A stretch of DNA of 64,000 nt, taken from contig NC_045697.1 in assembly GCF_009834535.1 (NCBI RefSeq), positions 82,214,001-82,278,000 of the forward strand, given 5' to 3'. Below are positions 53,251 through 64,000 of this stretch, piece by piece. A model generated the notes under the pieces. The model made no database searches and was not told where the DNA came from. It saw nothing but the letters and a program-made list of their open reading frames with translations. Origin of the DNA: Camelus ferus (lineage: Eukaryota). Position 1 is the stretch's first letter; every line of letters begins with the position of its first letter. A program made the translations under genes and the position numbers.

Positions 53251-53589
53251 AAATATATTTTATCTGGTGAATAGATTTTATGGAATGATATAGCTGTATT
53301 TGAAAGTTATTTGAAAGAAGTGTAAAATGAATGGTTGGGATAATGTAAAAAGTAATGTGTTTTGTATTTATTTAAATAATCAGCTTTTGTGAGTAGTCAA
53401 GGTTAATTTACGTAACTAAAAATATTTATGTTTCATAAGAAACAATATATATAATAGTGTTGAAAAACTTGTGTCTTAAGTATCTTTTATTTTAAATGAA
53501 AATACTCACTGTTCTCTCTTAAGTCCATGAGATCTGCAACTTTCTATCCTTGGAAAGAAAGAAAAGATGCAAATATTTCTTCTGCATAG

Positions 53590-54040
53590 GCCTGATCAAC
53601 TTTCCTAATATTTGTGAATATGCTAGGCACCTGCCCAAATCACAAATGTTGCTTTGTGATTGCTTCTGCCTGGAATTCTCTCTCTAATACAAGGACATTT
53701 ATCCCTTACCTCTTTATGTTGATTTTCAAATATAAATTTCGCTTTCCCTGATCACCTGAAACTTAGAAATTTAGAATTTCAACCCCTCTACCAGCCTTTA
53801 ATACCGTCTATACTGCTTACCTTCTTTATTTTTCTTCATAGTAGCAACCATCCAATATATGATAAGTATATTTTATTCTTTATGTATTTGTTCACAGTCT
53901 ATCTACCCTCTCTAGAATGTAATTCTTTTAGATTACAGATTTTACCGAGTGATTTGTTCACTGCTGTATCCCTAGAGTTTAGGACAATTATATGCTGAAT
54001 GGTAAATGCCTAGTGTATGCATATTTGTGGAAAAATGATA
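53590..54040 (+). mobile_element. L2 3' region
   Basis: ttctgcctggaattctct...tctagaatgtaa...ttgttcactgctgtatccctagag. Confidence 0.75.
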
Positions 54041-54391
54041 TTGTTTTTATTTCTAGTACTCAAATTTATTGATTACAAAAGAGAATTAAAGCATTACTTT
54101 TAGCTTTAGGTTTAAACATAGTGTCTTGAGATAAGAAATGTTAGCTCATTTATTCATATTTCATAAGTATTGTGTCATCTTTAGTCTACTAAATAAATTA
54201 TTACAACATATAGACTAGGAAATAAAAGACTTAGGGAGTTTATATCCCAGTAAATCAGTCTTTTGTTTCTTGAGGGATGTTTTGGAAACTAATATTGTTC
54301 TCCAAAATTATTAATAAATTTTCCAAAATAAATAATATCTTCCAAAGCACTTTCTATTCAAAATCCCTGTGGGGTTAAAAAAAAACTATTC

Positions 54392-54630
54392 AGAGTAGTG
54401 GTTAAAAGCATAAACTGAAGCAGAAAGCTTCAGATTTAAACCCAGCTCTTCCATTTATTAGTTATAAAGCCTTGGAAGAGACCTCTAATTCTCTCTGCCT
54501 CAGTTTCCACATCTCCAAAATAAGAATAATACAAATCACTACTTTATTACTGCTTCATATGGATGCTATTGAGATTTAATATATCAATTTATGCAGTTAA
54601 AAGCCTATAGAACAACGTCTGGCAAAAGTA
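54392..54630 (+). mobile_element. MIR SINE
   Basis: gtagtggttaaaagcat...aaacccagctcttccattta...tctctgcctcagtttccacatctccaaaat. Confidence 0.85.
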
Positions 54631-55234
54631 TGTACACACACACACACACACACATTAGGGCAGAGATTACTGTTGTTTTTTCTTTTAGGGATTTTTCTTT
54701 TTAATGTCACCTCCCTCTATCTCTCCCTCCCTCAAATTTAAGCATTTGCTTCCTAGGCAAATGTGTTAATTGGAATCGTATATCAAAGGGCATATGAAGA
54801 TAGAAGTGTGAAAAAGTAAATGGATGTACTCAAAAATGACTACAGGAAGCTGGATAATTAATTGAATCTCAATTTATAGATGAAAATGTTATAATACTTT
54901 TTAAAAAGAATGTATCATAAAATCACAAGCTATAAATATTTGAACCTTTGTTTTTCTTCTTTCATCTCCTTGGGAAATTGATTTACCTGTACTCAACAAT
55001 AAAATGGAGACAATTATACCTGCATTAAATGATTTAAGTAAGGTTGCTGCAAGGATCACATACATTGCTACTAGTGAAAAGCAGTTAATGATGGTGGCAG
55101 CTGACATGATTTTCTCTCCAGAGCTTGTTATTGGTTTTCAAATAGGAGGAGAGTCATGGTTGATGGCACTTCCCACTTCACCAGGAACGACTTGTGATCT
55201 ACAGTAAGGTTGGAACCTACATCATTAGCTGACA

Positions 55235-55510
55235 GCTCTATGTGGTTTACAAAAGACATATCTAAAATGGAGGGACCCAGACATGAAGAGAGTCAAGAAT
55301 GGAAAAAGTTATACCATGCAAATTCTATATTAAACAAAACAGTAATTCAGAGTGGTTGTAGCTATTTTACCATCTAACAACATACACTGTAAGGATAAAA
55401 CAAAGTGATACTGACTAAAACTGTAGCCATTTTATAATGACCATAATTATTTCAGAAGGAAAATATAACAGTTTTGATTTAGCTTGTACCTAAAACTGTA
55501 ACTGCAAATT
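55235..55510 (+). mobile_element. Ancient L1 ORF2 endonuclease fragment
   Basis: ctatgtggtttacaaaagacat...aatggaaaaagttataccatgcaaat...gtagctatttt...ccattttataatga. Confidence 0.65.
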
Positions 55511-56412
55511 TTCTGTTTAAGTACAGGTTCTGTCATTTCAAGCATGAGAAATAAGGTCTAACTCAAGTAGAAGAAAAATGTTGGAAAGCCACTGATTAAC
55601 TCATAAGGCTGGCAGAAAAGTTAGAAAATTAGGTTAACAGAAAGAAGGACAGTGATGCTAAACTTTAAATACTGCGAAGATTATAATGCAAAGAGCTGTC
55701 AGGTTACAGTGTCACAGTGGACACAGCCAGAGCAGCTGTACACTGCCACTACTGCTGGGTGCATCTGCTGACACCACTGGATGTCCTCAACAATTCTGAA
55801 AGATCTGCTTTGGGGAATGAATCTTATATCTTTCTCATCATCTGAAAATGGAGCCTAAGCATCCTAATCATAGTCTTTTCTGGCTAGAAATAGATGGATG
55901 ATAGACAGATACATACATAAATAAAATTTTACCTAAACAGATATTCAATGAGAAAATTCCCCAAATAGAAAAATATAAAAAAAAAAATTTGCTTTTGCAA
56001 ATAACAGAACCAAAACTTTCAGTACAACTATAGAACAAGGCTAAAATACACAATTTTTCATGGAAATTACTACTTTCATGGATTTCAACTTCTCTTTCCA
56101 TGCCTAACCCTGAATGAATTTCTGATATTGATTTATCAGTAGGAAAGTGGTAAAAATATCCTTAAATAATTCAAAGTGTAAAATCCAATCTCCAAAAGAA
56201 ATAATAGACTGTGTCACATTTTCTTCCACTTTTTTTTGAAGCAGTTTTGACATGGAGTTCTGTGATCCTTTGGCCTAAAGTAGTCACCAGACAGCAGCTG
56301 GCAATTTGACTGGACAAAAGACAAGCTGACAGGTACTCCTCGGACAGGCATAGACTGTCTTTCCAGTGCTAAGCTGAACCTGACATTTAATTTAAGAGAT
56401 ATTTGAAAATAG

Positions 56413-56416
<4 letters not shown>

Positions 56417-56443
<27 letters not shown>

Positions 56444-56456
56444 TGCATACACACAC
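56417..56456. repeat. (CA)n microsatellite
   Basis: Direct; other dinucleotide runs near 7216, 13937, 27052, 49458 and 54635. Confidence 0.95.
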
Positions 56457-57011
56457 TCTTATTACAAAATCAGTGTTATCTTACCTGATCCAAAAAATCT
56501 CCATATATCCAACAGGCAGAAATTTTGTAAGAAATATATTATGACTCTATATCCATGAATCCTGATAGGTTTAAAAATGATGTATTTTGACTAGTTTAGT
56601 ATTGGCTTGTCTCATCACCATAGAAAATAATAATTAGTTAAAATAAAGAAGGAAATTGCTATGAGTACAGACTTCCTATTGGTATAATTATTTACCAACT
56701 TGGATGAAAGTGTGTGTGAGTATGTGCTTGTGCATGTGACTGTGCAATAACACATTAATGTACAGGAATCTTAAATATATTACAAAAGCATTATATTATT
56801 TTTATCCTTAAGAAGGAAGAGTTCATCAAGATTATTTAGAGAAATAGATATAGTATGGTATTTGATTTTACTTAATAACAAGCACATGAATAAATTCTTA
56901 ATGAAATATTTAATAAGAGCAAATATAGAATCACTATATTATCTGCTTAATCAAATACAGCACTGGCATAAATTAAAAGTGTCACATTGATTAAAATAGC
57001 AATTTTCAGTA

Positions 57012-57199
57012 TACATTGGGCCCTCTGGCCCTCCAAATCAGCCATTCTGCGTCTGGAGATTTAGCTAACTGCAAATCTTGTCACAGTCAGTTGAATCCAT
57101 GAATGCGGAACCTGCGCATCCTCAGGATTTGGTATGGAGGCGTTGGCAGGTTGAAAGGGAGGTGTAATGAATCCCTCATGGATGCCAAAGAATTACTGT
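57012..57199. mobile_element. Tigger/MER2-like TcMar MITE
   Basis: ggccctcc...gttgaatccatgaatgcggaacctgcg...atttggtat...aatccctcatggatgccaaagaattactg. Confidence 0.65.
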
Positions 57200-57759
57200 C
57201 CTGTTTTTCAGTATACTGTTTTTTCAATATTACATTTTGTCAGGAAATTTAAAAAGAAAATTCCTTTAATTCCAAATTAGTCATATTTTCAGAAACCATG
57301 TTAAAATTACAGTTATGGAAGGAGGAAAACAACCAAAGTCTATTGCTTAAACTTTTATTATATTTTTGCAGTGTAAGAACAGCTGGAAAAACTCCTCTGT
57401 AAGAGTAGGAATCTTAAAAGTTTATAAGATAGATTGGAGAAAGTCACTAAAGTTTGGTATAGTTTGGTTCTGAAAATTTTTCACTGTTGAAATTCTTGAA
57501 TGGTATGGAGAGACTGAGGTTGTGTTCATCACAGGACTGGATGCAGCATATTAAGACTAGGGCTGTAATTTAGCCCATGATGAATAATAGACTGTTGTTG
57601 AATAAGTGAGTGAATAGCAGTTGTTGGCCAATTTGGGTTTAGCAAGGGATCAGAGAGGAAACGTTAAGAGCTGAGACTTTGGTATTGTCACTAGAAGTTT
57701 TTCCATCTATAGCATCTTTCATCAAATGCAATTCTATTATTTTTTTCCTGTAGTATTAA

Positions 57760-60530
57760 TTTCAGTAACGTTTCAGGATACAAAAGCAACATTCAAGAAT
57801 ACGTTGCATTTCTATACACTAACAATGAACTATCCAAAGAAGAAATTACAAAAATAAACATTTCCACAGTAGCATCAAAAAGAATAAAATGCTTAGGAGT
57901 AAAGTTAACCAAGGCAGTGAAAGGCTTGTGCACTGAAAACTAAAAGACATTAAGGAAAGAAATTGAAGAAGACACAAGTGAATGGAAAAATAGTGTGTGT
58001 TCGTGGATTGAAGGAATTAATATTGTTAAAATATTCATACTATCCAAAGTGAGCTACAGATTTAATAAAATCCCTGGCAGAAGTCCAATGGCATTTTTCA
58101 CAAAGGTAGGAAAAACAATTCCAAAATTCATGTGGATCCACAAAAGACTCCAAACAGCAAAGCAATCTTGTGAAAGAAGAGAAAAGCTAGAGACATCACA
58201 CTTCCTGATTTCTATTTGTGTTACAAATCCGTAGTAATCAAAACAGTTTGGTACTGCGGTAGACACACAGACCAGGAAAACAGAATGAAGAGCCCCCAGA
58301 GAAACCCACACGTATACAGTTAACTGTTCTGTAACAAAGGTGCCAAGAGCACAAAACAGGGAAAAGATAGCCTCTTCAATAAATGCTGCTGAGAAAGCTG
58401 CATATCCAAATGCAGAAGAATGAAATTGGACTCTCATCTTACACCATATACAAAAATCAACTTTAAATGAATTAAAGACTGAAACCTAAGACAAAATCAA
58501 ACAAAATTATATGTTGTTCTGTAAAATCAAATGTAATAATTTACTTGAAAATATTTACAGAAAAATTACTTGTGTGAACATTCTGTACTATAAATTATGA
58601 AAAAAAAAATGAAGGGACCTATATTGATGATTAAGGTGTGATCTTTGCCCTCAAACTATTTTCCTCAGAGAGTAAGGAAATAGTAACTGAATGTGATACA
58701 GATCAGCCTCAGTTTTCTGAAATGGAGCATGAGTATAAAATTATAAAACTGGAAGAAAAAATAAGAAAAAAGTTTTTACATTGGTCTTGAAAATGAGTTT
58801 TTTTTATACGACACCAAAAGCACAGGCAACAAAACCAAAACTTAGCAAAGGAAATAATCAATAAAATTTCCTATGAAATGAGAAAAAATATTTGCAAACC
58901 ATATATCTGATAAGGGGTTAATATCAGTAATATATAAGGAACTCCTACAACTCCATAACAAAAAGATAATCACATTAAAAATGGAATGGATATTTCTTCA
59001 AAGAAGACATACAAATTGCCAAGAGGTATATGAAAATGTGCTCACCATCACTAATCGTCAGAGAAATGCAAAACAAAACAATGATATTAATCCAGGCCTC
59101 GTAGAATGGCTATTATTAAAAAGTCAGAAAGATAAGAAATGTTGGTGAGGCAGTGGAATATAAGGAACTCTGGTTCACTGTTGGTGGGAATATAAATTGG
59201 TGCAGCCGTTTTGGAACACAGTAAACTACTATGTGATCTAGTAATCCCACTTCTGGGTACATACATCCAGAAACATTGTAATCAGAATCTTGAAGAGATA
59301 CCTGCACTCTTATGTTCACTGCAATGTTATTCACCATAGCCAAGATATGGAAACAAACTAAATGTCTATCAATAGATGAATAAATAAAGAAAATTTTGGT
59401 GTATGTGTATGGCGGAATATCATTTAACCTTAAAAAAGGATGAAATCATGCAATTTGCAACATGAATGAACCCAGAGGACAGTATAGTATTGGAAACAAG
59501 CCAGACACAGAAAGACAAATACTGCGTAATCTCACTTGTTTGTGGAATCTCAAATAGTCAAACTCATATAAACAGAGAGTAGAATGATGGTTCCCGGGGG
59601 CTCAGGTGAGGGAGAAATGAGGAGGTGATGGTCAAAGTGTACAAAGTTTCAGTTATGCATGATAAATGTTCTCCAGATCTGCTATACAGCATAGTGCCTG
59701 TAGCTAACCATACTTTATCATATGCTACAATTTACTAGGAGGCAATCTTATGTTAAGTATTTTACTACATACAAAAATATAATGATAATAAAAGAGGGGC
59801 AAGAGGAAACTTTGTGAGATGATGGGTTTTTTTTTTTGGCCATGATGGAGGTGGAAGGTAGCAGAATAAGCCACCCCAAAATATGACTGTAGGAGTTTAG
59901 CACATGCCAAGGCAAAATATTCTGCTTTAGTATATTGATTATTTTGAGCTGTACGCAATTGAAAAACACCAAGTGCCAGGAGAGGCTTTCTCTGAACTCT
60001 CTTCATCTGCCTAAAGACAGATACCTTGAAAGAGTTAAGTTATCAGAAATCTTTTCCCTGGGAGTTTCATCAACCAGGGAAAGATTGACATCACAGGAGG
60101 GAGACTGAAAGTGGGCACCGCAGCCAGACAAACTTCATCACAAACCACCATACCTCCCCTCTATGCTTCTAAGGGCCCATTCACCTTTCCTAAAAATCTT
60201 TTACTCTCCCCTAAATTGCCTCATCGTCTCTCTCCTTTCCTTATTGAAATGTTATTGATTTCTAAGCCACCTCTTTGAATTACTGATTTTCCCCTGGGTA
60301 TCTCCCACAAATACATGAGGTGTACATGTTAATAAACTGCTGTTTTCCTCTTGTTAATCTCATTTATTACAGAAGTCTCAGCTAAGGACTCAAGAGGGTA
60401 AAGAGAAAATTGTTTTTTCATCCCTTGTGGTGATGGTTTCATGACTGTATACTTTCCCCAAACTCAACATTCATATATACTAGATTTGTATAGCTTTTTC
60501 CATGTCAATTTTACTTTAATAATTTTTTAA
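57760..60530 (+). mobile_element. L1 (L1MA-type) ORF2 3' half and 3' UTR, interrupted at 58512-58736 and 59852-60428
   Basis: Peptide CSWIEGINIVKIFILSK…MAFFT…KFMW (57995-58234); gacaccaaaagcacaggcaacaaaa; 3' UTR resumes ggtgatggtttcatgactgtatac. Confidence 0.92.
59852..60428 (+). mobile_element. ERV1 solo LTR, MER34/MER39-like, nested in the L1 3' UTR
   Basis: gcagaataagccaccccaaaatatg...gattattttgagctg...tacatgttaataaactg...tcttgttaatct; L1 continuous across it. Confidence 0.8.
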
Positions 60531-60894
60531 ATGTTCATACCATTGTAATGAGTTTTAAGAGCTTTCACTTATCTATGACTTTAAATACATTCCCCAACAG
60601 AGAAAAATTGCCTTTTGACTTAGATATAACTTTAAGTATTTGCATTAAAGAGTAAAAGAAAAAAATTAGGTATAAAACACTCATGCTTCATTTCTGAAAG
60701 CCAAGGCTGATCTGTATCATACTCATTTACGATTTCCTTACTCTCTCAGGAAACTGAGGGCAAAGATCAAATCTTAATCATCAATACAGTCCCCTTCAGG
60801 CTACTCATCCATAATTTATAGCATAGTATTTTCACACAGGTAATTGTTCTGTAAGTATTTGCAAGTAAATTATAACATTTAAAGTCAAGAAGAG

Positions 60895-61126
60895 TAAAAG
60901 GGGGTGGGAAGGGATAAACTGGGAGTTTGAGATTTGCAGATACTAACTACTATGTATAAAATAGGTAAACAACAAGTTTCTTCTGTAGCACACAGGGAAA
61001 TATATTCCATATCTCGTAGTAACCTATAATGAAAATGAATATATATATTTATATTTATGACCAAAACATTATGCTGTACACCAGAAATTGACACAACAGT
61101 GTAAATCGACTATACTTAAATAAAAA
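60895..61126 (+). mobile_element. Short young L1 3' end
   Basis: gggaagggataaactgggagtttgagatttgcagatac...tgctgtacaccagaaattgacaca, the same 3' type as the 21832 and 35020 copies. Confidence 0.9.
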
Positions 61127-61479
61127 GATTTTTTTAAATGTTGGGCTTGGTGAGAAATAAAAAAGAAAGAAGTGTAAGAGAGTGAGATCTTGGGTAGAAT
61201 GTCAAATTGGGTATATAGCAAAACAAATAAAAAATAGTCACTCATAGATTTGCTCAGATAGTCTATGGCATGGTAGTAATGAGAACAGATGGACACAGGT
61301 TTTTTTTTCAGTGAAAAGAAGGCCAAGTAATTTTTCTTACTATGTAACACATAAATTCACATATCTGTATCTGTATGTTTAAAATGTGTATTTATTGTTT
61401 CTCATGTAACAAAGTGATTCTACATGTATTATTTTGATGCTTTTAATAATCTTAGACAGGAGAGATAGCCACTTCTTAT

Positions 61480-61752
61480 ATCATCACATCCTACTAATAT
61501 AATTTCTTCAAAGAAGTCTTTGTTTTATATTCCAAATCAAATTGCTCTCTGTCCCCATGTGACATTACAATATACCACAGAAACTTTCATTATGGCATGC
61601 TAATATTTTATTTAACTTTGTTTATTACTACATGCTTTTTAACTATGTATCTCTTAGATACAAAAGATAAGCCTTCAAAGTATTTATTTCAACTTAAGTG
61701 GTCCATTGCATATTGAATGAATGATGAAGTATTTGTTGAATAAATGAATGAG
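61480..61752 (+). mobile_element. L2 3' end
   Basis: Ends agtatttgttgaataaatgaatga. Confidence 0.6.
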
Positions 61753-62539
61753 TAGAGGAATTATTTTTTTCACATGTGAATTTAGAGGTAATAATTTCCA
61801 CTTATAGTCAGCAGAATAGGAGTGGGCTTCAAAAAACAAGGCTTAGATGGAACGCTCTACATTCATAAACGAAATTAAGAGAAAGGAGTGATTAATGTAG
61901 ACAGGTACAACAAAGAATATGCACTGTCGCTCCCAGTGTGGATTAGACAACATGCTTCCTCTATTAATACTTCTTCATAAACCGCATATAATCTTTGCCT
62001 TCAGTAAAACTCAAGAAATCTTCTGTTTTATACCTGGTCACAGAGAAGAGATTTGAATTAAAGAAAGCACTTCGGGAAAAAGGAGAAAAAAGATGGTGGT
62101 GTTTATTTCCTTTGTCTCACTGCAGATTAATTTTGAGCATCCTAGAGTGAAGAGTGAGGATCCCAAACTCTCTGAGCTTTATGGGAAGAACCTGTGAGTC
62201 TCTAGACGGGGTGTTCAGGTCACTGCGTGTGGCCACAGTTAACACGAAACCTGCGTCCACTGAAAACTCTGTGTCCTTCGGACCTTCCAAGAGGGAAAGG
62301 TCCTCAGAGCCTTGGGGGAAGCTTTTCTGGTGGTATTTTAGGATGACAGGTGAAAACTTCCGTAAGAAGCCACAGTGGCAAGTATGAGCAAGTGGAAGCT
62401 GCAGTACGAGAGTAGCACGGCTTGAGGGCTGAGCTTATGGATTCACAAATGGCTGTGTGTGAAGGACTCGTCTGAGATGCCAGAATTAAGGACAGCACAC
62501 TGAAGGGGAGAGTTTACGCACACCACCATCTAGGTCAGG

Positions 62540-63130
62540 GCCATCAAACCAAGAGTCATTTGAGTGGACAAGAGATGGAATTGCCAAGCCATTTTGAGGG
62601 CCCAACTAAAATTGGAAACCATAAATCTGCCCCATCTGGAAGAGTTATGTAGTTTTCTCCAGCAAAGCTCGGGAGAGGGAAATGCTTTTGATAAGAGAGA
62701 GATCCAATTTGGGAGTGTATTTAAATGAAGGCAGCAGAGAGCCAGAGAAGACAGGAATTGAAGATAAGTGTGACCTGAATGGCCAGTCATGATGATAAAT
62801 TTAGCTATAAAAATAAAATCAAGAAGCAAATGATAATCTAAAAATATATGGAGGGATTTAAAGGCTAAAGTAAATGAAAAAATATATTTAGCAGAGATAA
62901 GTGTTTGTTATCAGATAGAGGATTTCAAATTAATGGTTTAAAATGCAGTTCAGTTTAGGGAGATAATAAATCCTGACTGCGGCCTCAGGTGTTGTTTACT
63001 GAAGAAAAATAAAGTGAAATGTATTGCTATAGAAAAGATTAAGAAATTGTGAGGAAACTAAAGTTACTCAGGATAAGACAATTGTGGGAATAGAATAAAC
63101 CAAAGTAAGTCAGGTGTAATTCTTCTCAGA
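62540..63130 (-). mobile_element. L2 internal fragment
   Basis: attgccaagccattttgagggcccaactaaaattggaaaccataaat...ttttctccagc. Confidence 0.55.
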
Positions 63131-63224
63131 AGGCAGGAATATGCCTGCGTTAAAAAGATGTATTGATGGAGAGAAATCAACCCCAGCTCTTTTAAATAAT
63201 TCCAAAAGCCCATTCATTAACCAG

Positions 63225-63485
63225 TAAAACTCTTCTTTCACAACATGGTGCAATTGGATAGGTGGTGGGTTGCCTTCAGGGCAGTATAGGTATCTGGGAT
63301 CCTTTCTTACCCTTGGGGTATTGACAGGATTTGCTGCATCTGCCTGGGAGAGGAGGGAAGGAAGAGTGAAGGGGATCAGATGAGATGGAGGTGGTCCATT
63401 TCAGGTCAGTTCACTTCACTGGCTAGGACACAGTTGGTCCTACATAATTACAAGAGAGCTGTGAAACTTAACAGTGGTTGTGTAC
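63225..63485 (-). mobile_element. Old MaLR LTR fragment, MLT1J/K-like
   Basis: cacttcactggctaggacacagttggtcctacataattacaagagagctgtgaaact. Confidence 0.5.
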
Positions 63486-64000
63486 TGTAAAGAATACAAT
63501 ATTATGTGTCTCCTTTACCCTCAATAGTTCACTTTTAATCATCAGGTATATAGGAGTTTTTCCTTACATCAAGCAATTCTGAGACATCAGTTGGGTGTTC
63601 TGAAATTCAGTTCAGTTCTGACACTATCTACCTGGAGTTAGCATCAGATTCTACAAGTTACAGGACCAGTCTCCCCATCTCTCCACTACAGAAGCCAGTT
63701 GCAAGTCTAAGTTGTTACCTGTGCTTCTGACCAGTAGGCTATAAATCAGAGATTCCCATGACCCTCTCCTTGGGTTCAATTAATTTGCTAGAGTGTTTCA
63801 CAGAATCCAACACTTACTAAAGATATTTAATTATAGATTACTGGTTTATTATAAAAGTATAAAACTCAGGAACATCCAGACAGAAGAGATGTATAGGATA
63901 AGGTATGTGGAAAGGGGCTTGGAGTTTCCATGCCCTTTCTCTGAATCATCATGTGTTCACCAACCGAGGAACTCTCGAACCAGTCTTGTTGAGTTTTTGT
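63486..64000 (-). mobile_element. MER21-like LTR, cut by the window end
   Basis: ttctgacactatctacctggagttagcatcagat...tgaccctctccttgggttcaattaatttgctagag...gtgttcaccaacc; similar to 26068-26882. Confidence 0.85.

Noticed and set aside
55004..55207. ATG-initiated 67-aa ORF (METIIPAL...)
   Set aside because: Its start derives from a MIR core (aaaatggagacaattatacctg); treated as chance.
26068..64000. Two same-orientation MER21-like LTRs as the ends of one provirus
   Set aside because: About 37 kb apart, clearly diverged from each other, and no gag/pol/env sequence lies between them; independent solo LTRs.
1..64000. CRISPR array, tRNA/rRNA, CpG-island promoter, processed pseudogene or foreign (microbial or mitochondrial) insert
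   Set aside because: No regularly spaced repeats, structured RNA signature, CpG island or long coding-like segment was seen by eye.

Overview
AT-rich, CpG-poor mammalian genomic DNA from a gene desert or a very large intron. The young LINE-1 3' ends look cetartiodactyl and probably camelid, and I saw no ruminant, pig or cetacean SINEs; the species call is an inference. About half of the window is transposable-element debris: L1 of several ages, L2, L3/CR1, MIR, MaLR/ERVL/ERV1/ERV2 solo LTRs, and hAT-Charlie and Tigger DNA transposons. No intact protein-coding gene, RNA gene or prokaryote-type system can be recognised. The supplied ORFs are TE fragments or chance ORFs. The most interesting signals are a candidate 12-nt neural-type microexon (45683-45694) with a few phase-compatible candidate exons, several precisely delimited or nested insertions with target-site duplications (TSDs), back-to-back LTRs, a 225-bp foreign segment inside an L1 ORF2, and a few non-repetitive motif-rich islands. 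Repeat family names are recognised by eye from remembered consensus sequences, not from a database search, and boundaries of old elements are approximate.
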